From Octopus vulgaris (lineage: Eukaryota): 64,000 nucleotides of DNA. Where the stretch lies: positions 163,370,001 to 163,434,000 of the forward strand of contig OX597816.1 of NCBI GenBank assembly GCA_951406725.2, given 5' to 3'. Under the pieces are notes generated by a model, which saw only the letters and a list, made by a program, of their open reading frames with translations, was not told the origin of the DNA and did not search any database. Position 1 is the first letter of the stretch, and the number at the start of each line of letters is the position of its first letter. Both the position numbers and the translations under genes were made by a program. Shown in pieces: positions 1 through 15,587 of this stretch.

Positions 1-400
1 AGAAGTAGAGCTCGAAGCTATCAAAAGACGGGTCATAGAAAATAAGAGCAGAGATAGCGAGGAAAATACAGGTCTTAGTAATAAGAGTAATCTCATAGCA
101 CAAGAAAGGAGCAGTAGTAGTTTACTTGATGAGAGAATATAGCTGATCTAAAAGAAGACAATAAAACTAATGGTGACATGACAGATGAACAAAAGGCAAT
201 CTACGACAGAATAAAAGCAACACTACAGGAGAACGTTAGCGACATTATTCGCAACCTTAAAAAGGTTGATCGATGGAAATTGAACCAAGATACGAAAAAT
301 GTCAATGAAATTCTTACATAGATCAAAAGAAACAGCATCACAGAAACAAATAATTTGATCAAGGCAGCAAGTATTGTCGTAGCAGAAAATGTGGGAATGC
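1..400 (+). mobile_element. Decayed R4/Dong-like non-LTR retrotransposon, N-terminal ORF fragment
   Basis: Translation with stops includes KKVDRWKLNQDTKNVNEILT*IKRNSITETNNLIKAASIVVAENVG, resembling the pre-RT region of R4/Dong ORFs (recognised from memory). Confidence 0.6.
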
Positions 401-492
401 TATATCTAGATAGATATAGATATAGCATGCACAGCAGACAACAAGGTATGCGATAAGGAAGAAAGAAAAGTCGGGAGATATGACAGGTTAGC

Positions 493-730
493 TTGGGAAG
501 TGTTAAGCAGTTGTGGTCGATTAAAAAGGTAGCAGTAATACCAATAATCGTCGGAGCCCTGGGAACAGTGAGCAAAAATCTCGAGAGGTACGGGGAACAA
601 ATATGGGCTGCAATAAGGGTGGAGCACTTACTGAAAACAGCACTACTTGGAACCACCCGAATACTCCGGAAGGTGCTCGTAAAGTAAGAGGTGTTACCTT
701 AGTTCACTGGTTGTGAACAACTGACACTTA
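493..730 (+). mobile_element. R4/Dong-like LINE C-terminus (end of REL endonuclease) plus short 3' UTR
   Basis: ORF 493..687 contains VIPIIVGALGTV...LKTALLGTTRILRKVL*, the characteristic terminus of REL-endonuclease R4/Dong elements. Confidence 0.85.
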
Positions 731-784
731 TTATAACGGCTAAGATCCAAGCACTGCAAGCAAACGACTTGAGAAAATATATTT

Positions 785-1060
785 ATGGGGAGAAGCTGTC
801 AGCAAAATGTAGACCGGTGCGTGGAATTTGGGATGAAACAATTTCACAGATCGTTGCTGAATGTTGCAAGTTGGCACAGGCCAGAAATAGAGGCATTATC
901 AAGCTGTGAAAGATTTAGACAAGAAGCTTTGTCAAAAATAAGGATTTGAAGAAGGAAGTATATGGTACTATTATCGACTTGAAAGTGTATTTGATTCGGA
1001 AATATGCATGATTTTGTAGAATGTTCCTATTCAAACGGATAAGAAGTTAGATCATAACAA
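785..1060 (+). mobile_element. R4/Dong-like LINE fragment, CCHC knuckle to start of REL domain, frameshifted
   Basis: Peptide pieces SAKCR, DETISQIVAECCKLAQ, KLCQK, WY and IL*NVPIQTDKKLDHN match the CxxC..ETxxH..C and ILWD..IQTD..HN motifs. Confidence 0.75.
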
Positions 1061-2196
1061 CGTCGTGATTTCGGGGTCAGTAACATTGCAGAGGGCCCTA
1101 AGCAAGTTTCTTTCGACATAGCCCCGGATCGACCTGTGCCTTGTCAGTAAATTTGGTAGACCGCAACTGTATGGAAGCATGTCGTGTCAAACCAATAATA
1201 TACACCCTAACATCTCTAATTTTTTTTTTGTTTTCTCTTTGAATTCTTTGTTAGTTATCGATTTGCCGACCATCCCACCTTCAAGCTGACCTTCCGCGTC
1301 CTTCTGACTAATTCTTGGATATCCTTTACCCTAGGATTACCTCCTCTAATTCGTTACATCTCTGAATTCTCTTGGAGCACGTCAACTCGTTAACATTAAT
1401 AGTAAATCTTCATCATTCGTCTGCGGCTCTTACACCTTTCATTCTTCTCTTTCCCTACACTTCTCTCCTCTTTTTTTCCTTAATCTATCCTCCCTTCCTA
1501 TCTCCTGTTCCTTCCTCTTTTTCTTCTTAATTCGACTTTCCTCTACTACCAGACGAAAGGTTATGGCGCCGAAACGTGGTATTATTACGTTTAACTTTCT
1601 CTCAAAAATTTTCATCGAGCATCAAATTAATAACATTTACTGGAAACGTCGCTTTGATTTTTGTTGTTTTTGTTTTTGAATTCATCGATCGTTGTCGACT
1701 TGCCTTCATACGTCGGGTCACCAGTTGTACGACGATGAACACAGATATCTGTAGGGTTTTTGATAAACAATATTTTCATTCTTTTCGTACGCAAAAAAGA
1801 AAAATGCTGTCACTACCACGAACGACGAAAGAGTATTTTGAATGTTGTTGTTCTTGGTGTAATTGCAATAGCAGATAAAGTGTCGTTAGCTGCTTGCCGT
1901 GCTACTGACTTCTAATGCTGTTCGTCCTCCGGCTGCCCGTTGACTTTGTGTTGTCAGCTGTTGTCCGCCTTCTCTTGAGCATTTTCTGTGGTGTTTGTCA
2001 ATGCTCTCTCCGCTGCGTCCTGATGCTCTCTGGTTAAGTAAGGTGTGCCGAAGAGAGGAAGGAACGGAAAGATGGGATTGTTGCTGGAGACAGTTCTGAG
2101 TGAAGTCATTGGTTATTTTTTTTTTAATCACGTACGTAATATTCTATCAAAATTGCAACATGGAGTGATTGCTGAATATTCCCGCTATATCTATAA

Positions 2197-2284
<88 letters not shown>

Positions 2285-2454
2285 CGTGCGCTTACACACA
2301 TAATTTTAAACAATATGATTCGGCCACATGCAGCTAAGAGTTTCGTAGGTTCCTGTGACAGACCTACGAAATATTTAATTGCATGGGGTGGAAGCAAACT
2401 GTTTTGGATAAATTTGTCGAGTGGCTCTTTCTTTCGCTTCTCCACTCAGTCGTC

Positions 2455-2557
<103 letters not shown>

Positions 2558-2562
2558 GGATG

Positions 2563-2633
<71 letters not shown>

Positions 2634-2635
2634 GA

Positions 2636-2868
2636 TGCATTCGGTGAGTGAAGGGATACTCGCCAAAATACATGTTACCGAGATCACAACCGTCCGGTTG
2701 AACCGCGTGCTGATGGGCCGAAGGACTGATCATTTAAAGCCGAGTGGACCGAAGCAACATGAAACGAAATGTTGTGACCAAGAAGCCAGTACACTACTCA
2801 GTCGTCCGAGAATCGAAATGACAATCCGACGATCGTGTAAGGAACTCCTTAACCACTACGCCGCGCAC
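2636..2868 (-). mobile_element. Diverged tRNA-derived SINE (family C-like)
   Basis: Similar to 10430..10567 (gagtggac..agcaacatgaaa..aa.tgt) with a tRNA-like head on the minus strand. Confidence 0.5.
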
Positions 2869-3142
2869 TTTTTCAGGGGAAGAGAAGAGTGAAAAAAAAA
2901 AAAAGAATTAAAAATAAAGAAAGAGACACAACACTCTCGTCAGAATTCATTATGGCGACATGACATGCAAATTAGTTACAGCGACACCTAGTTTGGTAAC
3001 GACGCCAATTCTTGATGACTGCTCGTCGTAGCAATTGTCAAGAGTGCTGCTTTTATTTGTTGGAATTCTCCGATTCAGCTTTGGTAGTTTGGGTTTTTTT
3101 GACAAAATTTACCAAAACAACAGCACATAATATAAAAATATA

Positions 3143-4153
<1,011 letters not shown>

Positions 4154-5375
4154 TAACAAAAAAAACATCAAATCAGTCTACTTATAGCAATACTACAACA
4201 AATAAGGCTAACAACAACAACAACAACAACAATAATTATGTTGTTATTTGCTTTTAACAGTGACAGAGGCAAGAGGAGAAAATATAATACAGAAACCGCC
4301 TGAAGTAAGTGTTTCGTAATTGGAACACCTGCTCGTTAGATTCGCCAATATTCCAACCAATTTACATGAAACTATTCTTCAATACAGGCGTTAACTTACT
4401 CCCCCAAATACGCCACACACACACACACATATATGCACACACACACACACACACGACACACGCGCGCATGCCCGCGTGCACAACACGAACGCGCATACAC
4501 ACTTCATGCAACCAGACTAATTGCAACTGTGCAATTATTATATTTCAATGATAATGCTTTGACCTCTAATTTATATTTTGACATGGCGGCAGCGGCGGTT
4601 GGGGGTGGTGGTGGTGGTGGGAGTGATGATGGTGGCGGCGGCGGTGGTGGTGGTGGTGGTGGTGGATTAGAAGTGAGAGAAAAACAAAAAGGACAATGTA
4701 AACAATGAATATTATTGCTTGCACTGCTGCTGCTGCCCCTGATGATGATGATGATGATGATGATGGGAAATGACAATAGCAGCAACATCTATAATCACAA
4801 CAAGTGTGATAATTTTATTGTTTCTTCAGGAAATTCCATTCCGTAATTGTTTTTTTGTTTTTTTTTCTATGCAGTATTATTTATTTATTTGCGTTTTTCT
4901 TTTAATTTTTATTTCACTAGATATTGTTGTTTGTTATCTAATTGGCAAAGCCCTAATTTAAAAGCGATATTTATTCACGACGGAGCCCCAGCATGGCCGC
5001 AGTTCCCGAGTTCATACTAGTAAAACAACAAAAAGATTGTTGCTGAATCCTTTTCTGGATGTTTCTCTGAATATGTGTGAGTTTTTGCGTAAGTACTTAA
5101 AAAAGGCAGCTGATATTGATTTCAAATTCCAAATTTCGATCCTAGATGCACAGCTAGTACTTATCTTATCGACCCCGAAAGGGAGGAAAGGCAAAGTCTG
5201 TTTCATCTACTCCGCGTTACGAAGGTACAACGAAGTCGCTTTCTTGTCCTTACCTTCGAAATGATGTTGTTGGTGAAACATGCTCTTTGTCTATCTACTT
5301 ATCCTCTTTGTGATTTTGATAATAAGAAAACTATACAAATGAATCCTTCGAATTTAACTAAATTCTATATTTTTT

Positions 5376-5465
5376 ATGCAACTGAAGTTTGCTCTACATT
5401 TAAAAATTGATGTAATATTTGCATTGTTCAATTAAATGGAGTCGCATGAAACGATCGTACTGCAT
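5376..5465 (+). ncRNA. Decayed type I hammerhead motif in a Penelope-like pLTR (about 5340..5590)
   Basis: ATGCAA-CTGAAGT-TTGC...GCAT-GAAA-CGATCG-TA-CTGCAT; A9 is mutated; same family as 33096..33184. Confidence 0.65.
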
Positions 5466-5583
5466 TACCTCTGGATATCTTTGTTACTTATTTTGATTAG
5501 ATTAGAATCACCCCATTTTGAATTATATGGATAATACCATACTAAATTCTGGTGCCTTTAACTTAAGTACCATATTCAACTGA

Positions 5584-5645
<62 letters not shown>

Positions 5646-5872
5646 CTATTCAGCATCGTGCCAGAATTTGCGAGAGTCGATGTGGAGATTTTCAAAAAGC
5701 GTCGGGACAAATTTTCATCTGAGATACCAGATAAATTCACATCGAGGCAGAAGGCACAAAGAATAGCTCCATCCAACTCGCAAACTCCCCAGAAACAATG
5801 CAGAAAAGAAACCCAAACGCAGTGAAGGGGTTGCTCCGGTATGGTCTGTCTCAGCCTCTCTCTATATATATA

Positions 5873-6178
5873 TCTTTATATATAAAAGAGAGGTTGTGTG
5901 TCTGTCTACTCCGATTTAGATTCCTAACTACTTCCACATTTTGCGGTGCAGTTTAACCAAAACCGGGTATCTTATAGTCGTGATTCATATCGAGCCCTTC
6001 TGGGTATTAGCGCGTGTCTACGATGAGTCTACGATTTTAAAAATAATTTACCATCATTTTTTTCCATTTTAATGCATTTTTTCACTATTATATAAGGGAA
6101 GTAACTCTCTAAAAATGTCTACAATGATTTATAGTTATTTCCCTTACAAACCCGAGCAACGCCGGGCGATACTGCTAG
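5873..6178 (+). mobile_element. Non-autonomous Helitron, 306 bp
   Basis: A|TC 5' end, subterminal hairpin CCCG-AGCAACGC-CGGG (6151..6166), CTAG|T 3' end, inserted in a TA run without TSD. Confidence 0.9.
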
Positions 6179-6235
<57 letters not shown>

Positions 6236-6774
6236 GCATCCATACGATACATACGTGTATGTTTCGATAAATGTGTTTTAATCTACCACCTCACGTTTCT
6301 TGAGTGTTTCTAGAAACAATACAATTAAACAAGACTACAAAACTAAACAGAAATACATCAGATATTTGCTTGTGAGCACGTCATATGATAGATGATAACT
6401 GTTAAGAGAAAATAAAACGTCTAAATTATAAACGCCATCTTTGAGATATATGTAAGTTCGACATCCGGTGCTTCTGTGCTACTGCCTAAAAGCCTGCACA
6501 GGTGTTAGAGTCTAAATGAGGCATCACAGATTGATGACTGTCGTGTTTCCATTAAGAAATACATGGAGGGATCAAAAGCAGTCTTGCGTGTCTAGTTTAC
6601 AGTAGCCTGGTCTTTCCTTTTGAGAGGTGGGTGAAGAATAGAGAAATGTTTTATCATTTATCGAGCTTAGATTTTGCTGTCTTTAGTTACTTGATGTGAA
6701 TATTATCTACTCTGCTGGGTAAGCATTCATCATTTTCGCTCGAACAATGCTACACGTCTACATACAAACACACA

Positions 6775-6814
<40 letters not shown>

Positions 6815-6820
6815 GATATG

Positions 6821-6894
<74 letters not shown>

Positions 6895-6895
6895 T

Positions 6896-6963
<68 letters not shown>

Positions 6964-6969
6964 CTATAG

Positions 6970-7070
<101 letters not shown>

Positions 7071-7328
7071 CCTTTTCATACATTTATATACACACATGCA
7101 CACAAACACATATATAAGTACATGTATGTAATGTATATATGTATATATTTAAAGGAAATTTAAGATAAATTCTTACATACGTTTCGCATTTGCAGTTATT
7201 TGGAACTCAGCATCGGATGTTCCATGTGGATTTGCATTCAATAGACCATCAGAACACCGCATTGCATTCTGTTATAGATCTCTCTTCTCTCTGTCTCCCT
7301 CCCTTATATCTATCTATCTATTTATCTA

Positions 7329-7406
<78 letters not shown>

Positions 7407-7448
7407 CCTATATCTATCTATCCATCTATCTATCATCCATCTCTTTAT

Positions 7449-7833
7449 AGGAGTGGTGGTGTTATAAGTAGCTTGCTTACTAACCACATGGTTCCGGGTT
7501 CAGTTTCACTGACTGGCACCTTGGACAATTGTCTTCCACTGCAGCCTCGGGCCGACCAAGGCCTTGTGAGTGGATTTGGTAGACGGAAACTGAAAGAGGC
7601 CCGTCGTATGTCTGTGTGTGTGTGTGTTTGTGTGTCTGTTTTAGTCTCCCGCACCATCACTTGACAACAGATGTTGGTGCGTTTACATCCCATAAACTTA
7701 GCGGTTCGGGAAAACAGAGTGATAGAATAAGTACTAGGCTTACAAAGAATAACTCCTGGTGTCGATTTGTTCGATTAAAGGCTAGTGTTCCAGCATGGCC
7801 GCAATCAAATGACTGAAACAAATAAAAGAAAAG
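7449..7833 (+). mobile_element. SINE family A, near full length
   Basis: Aligns by eye with 25765..26160 over head and tail. Confidence 0.9.
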
Positions 7834-8202
7834 ACTATTACGGTTTGCAATTAATATTAAATGGCATAGCATGCATTAAAAATTCCCACAAAAGTAATAC
7901 CATAAAGGCAAAAAAAAATTTTTAATTAATAATTGTGGATGCTGCAATTAGCACCAACACGCTAAAAATACTCAGTCAGAAGACGACTACAACCACGAAT
8001 TTTCACTGATACACATTCATTGTACACGTTCTTGAGATGGGCAATGTGTATGACCCTTGGGTCAGTAAGTCTCGCTGAGAAGAACTGACATTTTCGCAAA
8101 GTTTGAAATCGTGACGATATGAGTATGTCTGGCTTTTCAATTTACGATTCTTTTCGTTATTGGTACGGGGCTTAGAATTTCTGCTCATTTCCACCCCGAC
8201 TG

Positions 8203-8647
8203 ATAGTGGCGGTGGTGGCGGTGGTAGTCGTCGTGGTAGTAGTAGAAGTAGTGTCGTTGTTGGTGCTGATAGTATTGGTAGTAGTAGTAGTAGTTGTAGT
8301 TGTTGTTGTGGTGGTGGTGGTGGTGGTAGTGTGGATTGTGGCGGCGGCGGTGGTGCTGTTGGTGCTGGTTGTGTCAGTGGTGTAGCTGGTGCTGGTGTTG
8401 GTGGTAGTGTTAGTAGTAGTAGTTGTGGTGGAGGTTGCGGTGGTGGTAATGGTGGTAGTGGTGTTGGTGGTAGTGGCGGTTGTGGTGATGTAGTGGCGGT
8501 AGTAGTGGCGGTAGTAGTGGTGATGGTGGTGGTGGTGGTGGTGGTGGCAATGGTGGTGGTTGTTATGCCGGTGATGGTGATGGCGTTTGGTGGTGGTGAC
8601 AGTATTAGTAGCAATAGTAGCAGCAGCGGTAGTAATAGTAGTAGCAA

Positions 8648-8725
<78 letters not shown>

Positions 8726-8733
8726 TGGTAGTA

Positions 8734-8815
<82 letters not shown>

Positions 8816-8838
8816 CAGTAGTAGTAGTAGTAGCGGTG
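8203..8838. repeat. Compound (GGT)n/(GTT)n/(AGT)n trinucleotide array
   Basis: Directly visible; explains the poly-S/G/V/L/P ORFs. Confidence 0.95.
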
Positions 8839-9998
8839 ACATTAATAGTATGAAACGTTAAGATTGTAAATAGGCGGACCTGTTTGTTTTAGATTCAGTG
8901 TGCAGAGAGAGAGAGAGAGAGACAGAAAGGAGAGAGAGGGAGGGAAAGAGAGAGAGAGAGAGAGAGAGCAATAACCAACAGTATATCCTACATGTAAGAT
9001 AGTCTTTCATGTTGTTTGTTTTTGTTTTCTATGTCTACCACATGTGCTGTGAATGCTGTTGATGTTGTGCGCTACGTATGTCTTGTTATTTTTCGTCATC
9101 TGTAAATGTTGTCTGGATCTACGAGTGGCGTAGTGTGTTTATGTTGTTCAGTTCTCTGTTTGGTTGTAATTAATTCTCTCTGATCTTATTGCCAAGGAAA
9201 GAGAAAGAGGTGGTAAGAAAGAAAGAGTGAGAGAGAAGTAGAAAGATGGAGGGAAGAAAAAGAAGGAAAGTGGGAGAGAGTGGAAGAAAGAGAGAAGGAG
9301 GGAGAGAAATGGTGGATTTCACACAGGTGCGATTGTAAGTATGTCGTTTTCAAACCAGGTTTGTAGGTTGTTTATATAAGTTTGAAGAAGTTGTATATAA
9401 GTTGTATCAGGACCATTGCAGTGATGATTCGTAACCAAATCCATAGATACGAGGTCATACATCACGGGCAAACCACCAGATTTTCACGTGATCGGTCTTT
9501 TAATGAAGAATCAGCATGAAGAGATGGTGTGGACAGGTTTTCTCGAATATTCTAGAATTTTATTTCCTGTCTCCTTATAAAACATGTTTAGCGCGCATTT
9601 TTACCTGCCAGGCGACCCAAGAAGGTGGCTAAGACAGACAGATGACATATACAGATGGCAGGATCTTCCGTCGACACGAATACTACACGGTTTTTTCCAT
9701 TTATGGTGGGCAAGCTGTAGGATGCCGCATAAATAGCTTGCCGTAACTCCAAGCAGAATCTCTCCCCCGGTATATAATTATTGCTGCTGCAACCTGTAAA
9801 AGGCTAACGCAGTTTGTCTTTGTGTGCGATAATAAAATCTTCTGTTAACTGTTCGCGGATGATGTTCAGTTACTTCTTCACGTAACCCAAGAAAAATACT
9901 TTCATTCGTCATCTCAACCAGTCATTACCACAAACCAAACCCACGGCCTAGAAAATTTGACCATAGCTTTTTATTTGTGTGTACACATACAAATATAT

Positions 9999-10228
9999 GT
10001 TTCTTTATTACCCACAAGGGGCTACACACAGAGGGGACAAACAAGGACACACAAACGAATTAAGTCGATTACATCGACCCCAGTGCGTAACTGGTACTTA
10101 TTTAATCGACCCCGAAAGGATGAAAGGCAAAGTCGACCTCGGCGGAATTTGAACTCAGAACGTAACGGCAGACGAAATACGGCTACGCATTTCGCCCAGC
10201 GTGCTACCGTTTCTGCCAGCTCGCCGCC
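9999..10228 (-). mobile_element. SINE family B, full length
   Basis: Reverse complement of 11639..11868; tRNA-like head with gagttcaaattcc B box and central gcctttcatcctttcggggtcgat box. Confidence 0.9.
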
Positions 10229-10270
10229 TTAATCATACACATACAAATATAGACGTACATATGTATAAAG

Positions 10271-10567
10271 AGCACTCCGTCGGTTACGACGACGAGGGTC
10301 CCAGCTGGTGCGATCAACGGTACAGCTTGCTCGTGAAATTGGCTGAGCACTCCACAAACACATGTATCTCGGGGAGATTCAGCGTGACACAGAGTGTGAC
10401 AAGGCTGGCCCTTTGAAATACAGGTACTACTCATTTTAGCCAGCTGAGTGGACTGGAGCAACATGAAATAAAGTGTCTAGCTCAATGACACAACGCGTTG
10501 CCGGAAATTGAACTCACGACCTTAAGATCGGGAGCCGAATGCTCTAAGCATTAAGCAACGCGCCTTC
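10271..10567 (-). mobile_element. SINE family C variant
   Basis: Shares gcactccgtcggttacgacgacgagggt...ggccctttgaaatacaggtac with 24508..24690; tRNA-like head at the right end. Confidence 0.8.
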
Positions 10568-10625
10568 ATACATATGTATATATGCTTATTATATATATTC
10601 CTATATTCCTATAAAAACGTATGTA

Positions 10626-10685
<60 letters not shown>

Positions 10686-10804
10686 TATACATATATATAT
10701 GTGTGTATATATACATATAAGTAGGTATATACATATACATACATGTGTGTATGTATGTATGTACTTGTGTATGTATATATATGTATATATACATATGTAT
10801 ATGC

Positions 10805-11016
10805 TTGTGTCTGTTTTTGACCCCCCACCCCATCACTTGACAATCGATGTTGGTGTGTTTACGTTCCCGTAAACTAGCGGTTCGGCAGAAGGGATCGATG
10901 ATAGACTAAGTACTAGGTTCACAGAGAATAAGTCTTGGTGTCGATTTGTTCGAATAAAAGGCGGCGCTCCAGCATTGCCGCAGTCAAATGACTGAAACAA
11001 ATAAAAGAATAGAAGA
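10805..11016 (+). mobile_element. SINE family A, 3' half
   Basis: gcggttcggc..., ggtgtcgatttgttcga..., gctccagcattgccgcagtcaaatgactgaaac tail. Confidence 0.85.
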
Positions 11017-11022
11017 ATATGT

Positions 11023-11117
<95 letters not shown>

Positions 11118-11638
11118 GGCTTCAATAAGGAAACGATTCTTTAAATAATGGATTCCTATATAACAGTAAGAATATGCGACGGCACAGATGGAACACATAC
11201 AACCTTAGATTTGTGGTCCTTGTAAAACTACAGATCGATGACCACAGGTTTTGCAGCTGTCATACATAGCTGCTAAAATACTGGAGGGTCACATTTGGAA
11301 AGCTTGCGATCATAGATCTGTAAAACTACAGGATGGTCAAAGATGGAATTCCTGTGACCATAGTTCAGTAGTTTGTACGACCGTCGAAATACAGGATGGT
11401 GTATTTGGAACGCTATGATCAGCGATCTGTAGTGGCTACATACCAGTATAGATTTGCGATGGGCTCACCTGGAACATCTGTTGTCATAGATCGGATTAAA
11501 CGAGATTAACCTGGGGTTAATTCAGCTATTTTAAGGATACCTGGGTCAGGTTTGAAGGCGATTGTGCTGCCATTTCTAGTAGAACAAAGAAATATATTGA
11601 TGCCTGCTTTAAAATTCGATATTTTCGAAGTTGGTACA

Positions 11639-11868
11639 GGCGGCGAGCTGGCAGAATCGTTAGCACGTCGGGCGAAATGCTTAGCGGTATTTCGGCTGCC
11701 GTTACGATGTGAGTTCAAATTCCGCCGAGGTCGACTTTGCCTTTCATCCTTTCGGGGTCGATAAATTAAGTAGCAGTTATGCACTGGGGTCGATGTAATC
11801 GACTTAATACCTATGTATGTCTATGTTTGTCCCCTCTATGTTTAGCCCCTTGTGGGTAATAAAGAAAC
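11639..11868 (+). mobile_element. SINE family B, full length
   Basis: ggcggcgagctggcagaatcg head, B box, central box, tail ending aataaagaaa. Confidence 0.9.
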
Positions 11869-12950
11869 AGGTATGTAGCGTGACTGACTAAATAATTGGC
11901 AGTATTAAATCACGCCATTCTGAGTTCAAGTCCCAGCGAAGTTATCTTTACCTTCGGTTTATTTTTTCTTTCATTTCGGGGGTCAATAAGACAGCAGAAC
12001 CATTAATCTACTGAGATCAATATAATCCACTAATCCATTAATCAGATTTCGTGAACGCGTGCCAAAAGAGGAATATATTATTTTACTCACGAATCAAGTA
12101 ATTCCATTGGTTAGTTTTGCTTTAAAACTGATCGCAACCACTGACCTAAAATGTCATTGGCTAATACTTCATTTTTTATATATGTATATATTTTGTTGTT
12201 TCCTCGCATTTTTTTTTCATTTCCACCCCCACCCCCACCCCCAATATTCTCGCCATTCCAAGCAAAACCTTATTTTGGACGTGTTCCAAATACATTTCGA
12301 CTTATAGACGTTTTTCTAAATGCCTTCAAATGTTTGCTAAGCACTCATACTGCACCAATTATCGCTGGAACGATTTCGTAATTTTTTCTTCCGCCCCCCC
12401 CCCCCCTTTTGTTTTTGTTTTTGTTTTTTTTTTCAATGACCAGATACCTTTCTTCCCCCCCTGTCCTTTTCTCTCTTTTTTTTTTCAATTCAATATATCT
12501 TATTTTATCATTGTTAGTTTTTCTTTGTTATTTTTCTGTTTCGCAATTTTTCGCCTTCTTTCTGTTCCACTCTGTTGTCTTCTGGGATAGCTATGTCTAT
12601 AGCCAAGCATTTCTTTCTCTCTCTCTCTCTCTTCTTTATTTATCCCTATAATGTCAGTATATTTGTGTTCCGCTACATAATCGCTTTGGATGTTCAAATC
12701 CCGCGAGATTTACGTTCTTATTCCCAATATCATTTCTGGGTTTTGTTCTTTCATCCAATTGGTGGAGTCTATTCATCTTTAAATGAACGACTCGACCAAT
12801 AATACCATTCGGCTTTTCATTTTATTTTAGTGTATTTCATTTTATTTTATTTTCATCTTTATTCTCTCTATGCTTCTGGCATCCACTCATAATATACGAA
12901 ATCATTTCACATACATCACCGTACATACACTTATACATATACAAATATAC

Positions 12951-12989
<39 letters not shown>

Positions 12990-13035
12990 CATATATATAT
13001 ATATATGCGTATATACATTCATATATATATTTGTG

Positions 13036-13109
<74 letters not shown>

Positions 13110-13215
13110 TAGATAGATAGATAGATAGATATACGTTTATTTGGATATATATGTATATATGTATATATATATACACATACATATGTATATATGTATATAT
13201 ATATATATATGTATA

Positions 13216-13260
<45 letters not shown>

Positions 13261-13345
13261 GCACAAACACACGCGCACACACATATATGAATGTATGTTT
13301 GTATGTATGTATGTATATACATGTTTGAGTACACATGAGTACGTG

Positions 13346-13390
<45 letters not shown>

Positions 13391-13477
13391 ATGTTCATGT
13401 TTTTATGTATGTGTTCGTGTGCATGTTTGCTGACGTGTGGGTGATAGTATGTGATTCTCTATGTAATCTGTATACGT

Positions 13478-13547
<70 letters not shown>

Positions 13548-14092
13548 CTATTTAAAAGCTGACATTATTTGATGCTCGGAATGCTTTTCCTTGTTCCGCA
13601 CAGATCAAGGTTCCAAGGTTTCGAGGTTTCACTGTCGAATTTAAAGACTGCCATTTCTTCAAGATTTCCCATGATTCTCCATTGTCTCCAAACCACACCC
13701 ATATCTCATTTCAATCGACTTTATATTCTTTTGTCCAATTATTCTCTATTCTTTCATCTATTTCTTATAATTCAATGTCTTCTCTTTATATATTTTTTTT
13801 CTTCCGCTTTTCCTTTATTTTCTTCCGTCTTTCCTCCTTCCATTGCTTCTTTCAACATCAATGTTCTCTGATTCGTTACCCTGTTTTCAATAAGTTACAC
13901 TGAGCCACTGTTGTTATTCCACTGCACACACCACCTCTCTCTATCGTTCTCTTCTGCTTTGATAAACTCTTACTTCAACACAAGCTAATCAGACATCTTG
14001 CTCCAAGTTGTCGTGGAAAGTTTAACACAGATCAATGTCTCTCTTCCGAAAGAAATGCACTACATAGCCCAAAGTCATTATATTTAATTCGA

Positions 14093-14535
14093 TTCTTCTT
14101 CTTCTTCTTCTTCTTCTTCTTCTTCTTCTTCTTCTTGATTCTTTCTTCGTTTTCTTCTTCTCATCCTCCTCATCATCCTCCTTCTTCTTCTTCTTGATTC
14201 TTTCTTCTTTTTCTTCTTCTTCTTCTTCTTCTTCTTCTTCTTGATTCTCTATTCTTCTTCTTCGCTTCTTGATTTTTCTTGTTTTTTCTCCTTTTTCTCC
14301 TTCTTCTTTTTCTCCTCCTCTTCCTCCTTCTTTTCCTACTCCTTCGCCTCCTTCTTTTCCTACTCCTTCACCTCCTCCTCTTTTTCCTCCTCCTCCTCCT
14401 CCTTTTCCTCCACCTCCTTCTCCTCGTCATCATCATTATCCTCACATTCTTCACCTTCTCTTTCTCCATCCACCTCTCCTACTCCTCCCTTGCCTCTTTT
14501 CCACCTCTCCCTCCTCCTCCGCCTCCGTCTCCTCA
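14093..14535. repeat. (TTC)n/(CCT)n polypyrimidine low-complexity tract
   Basis: Directly visible. Confidence 0.95.
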
Positions 14536-15057
14536 CTTTCATGCCTATCAACTTCCACAGCTATATTTTCCACTTCAGTAATATGATGACACAGGTGCTG
14601 ACGGTTCCTATTTTCTTAATTCTATTGATTTTTACATACAAAAATTCAACTTAAGTCTTTATTCAGAATTTCTATGCACAAAATACCTTTGCTTCTCTGC
14701 TTACATCGATATCCATAATTTCAGGCTATTTTTATACATTTCCGACAAGAAGTTTAATAAAGACGCCATCAAATCAAGTACAGTAGTTGCGTATATATTC
14801 ACTTTGGCTCTGTAAAGTCTATCTTTTCATCCAATGCTATGAATGATGAATGCATTGTTACGCCCATGTATGTATCCACAACACCACATCACCAAACGAT
14901 TCATACACCGATGGATGTGTGTATATATATATGTACACCAGAGTAAGCGCATACATTTGAAACGAGGTAGGAAAAATAGTACTCAATTATCGGAGGTAGA
15001 GTAACATGTTTTATTATTAATAAAATTGTAAAAGAATGAAAGAAAGCATATATATAC

Positions 15058-15116
<59 letters not shown>

Positions 15117-15326
15117 TTTCTTTCATTCTTTTACATATTTCAGTCATTTGACTGCGGCCATGCTGGAGCATCGTCTTCAGTCGAGCAAATCGACCCCAGG
15201 ACTTATTCTGACGGCCCTCTTTTGCCGAACCGATAATTTACGGGGACGTAAATACATCAGCCTCGGTTGTCAAGCGATGGTGGGGGAGACAAACACAGAC
15301 ACGCAATCATATACACACACATACGT

Positions 15327-15366
<40 letters not shown>

Positions 15367-15539
15367 TATATATATACACGACAGGTTTCTTTCAGTTTCC
15401 GTCTACCAAATCCACTCACAAGGCTTTGGTCGACCGAGGCTATAGTTGAAGACACTTGCCTAAGGTGCCAGGCATTGGGACTGAATCCGGAACGATGTGG
15501 TTAGTAAGCAAGCAACTTACCACACAGCCACTCCTGCGG

Positions 15540-15540
<1 letters not shown>
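15117..15540 (-). mobile_element. SINE family A, full length
   Basis: Reverse complement of family A head and tail with an internal TA/CA run. Confidence 0.9.

Positions 15541-15587
<47 letters not shown>

Noticed and set aside
1545-1582. Hammerhead-like CAGACGA..GAAACGTG
   Set aside because: Core substitution, weak stem II and a non-cleavable GUG triplet; at most a relic.
1700-2180. Unique moderately GC-rich segment resembling a 5' UTR
   Set aside because: No linked exon or recognisable protein; cannot be supported from sequence alone.
2955-3000. Octamer ATGCAAAT and CTCF-like motif
   Set aside because: Short motifs expected by chance in 64 kb; no supporting context.
8003-8861. Long ORFs of 279 and 233 aa
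   Set aside because: Translations of trinucleotide arrays that lack stops by composition.
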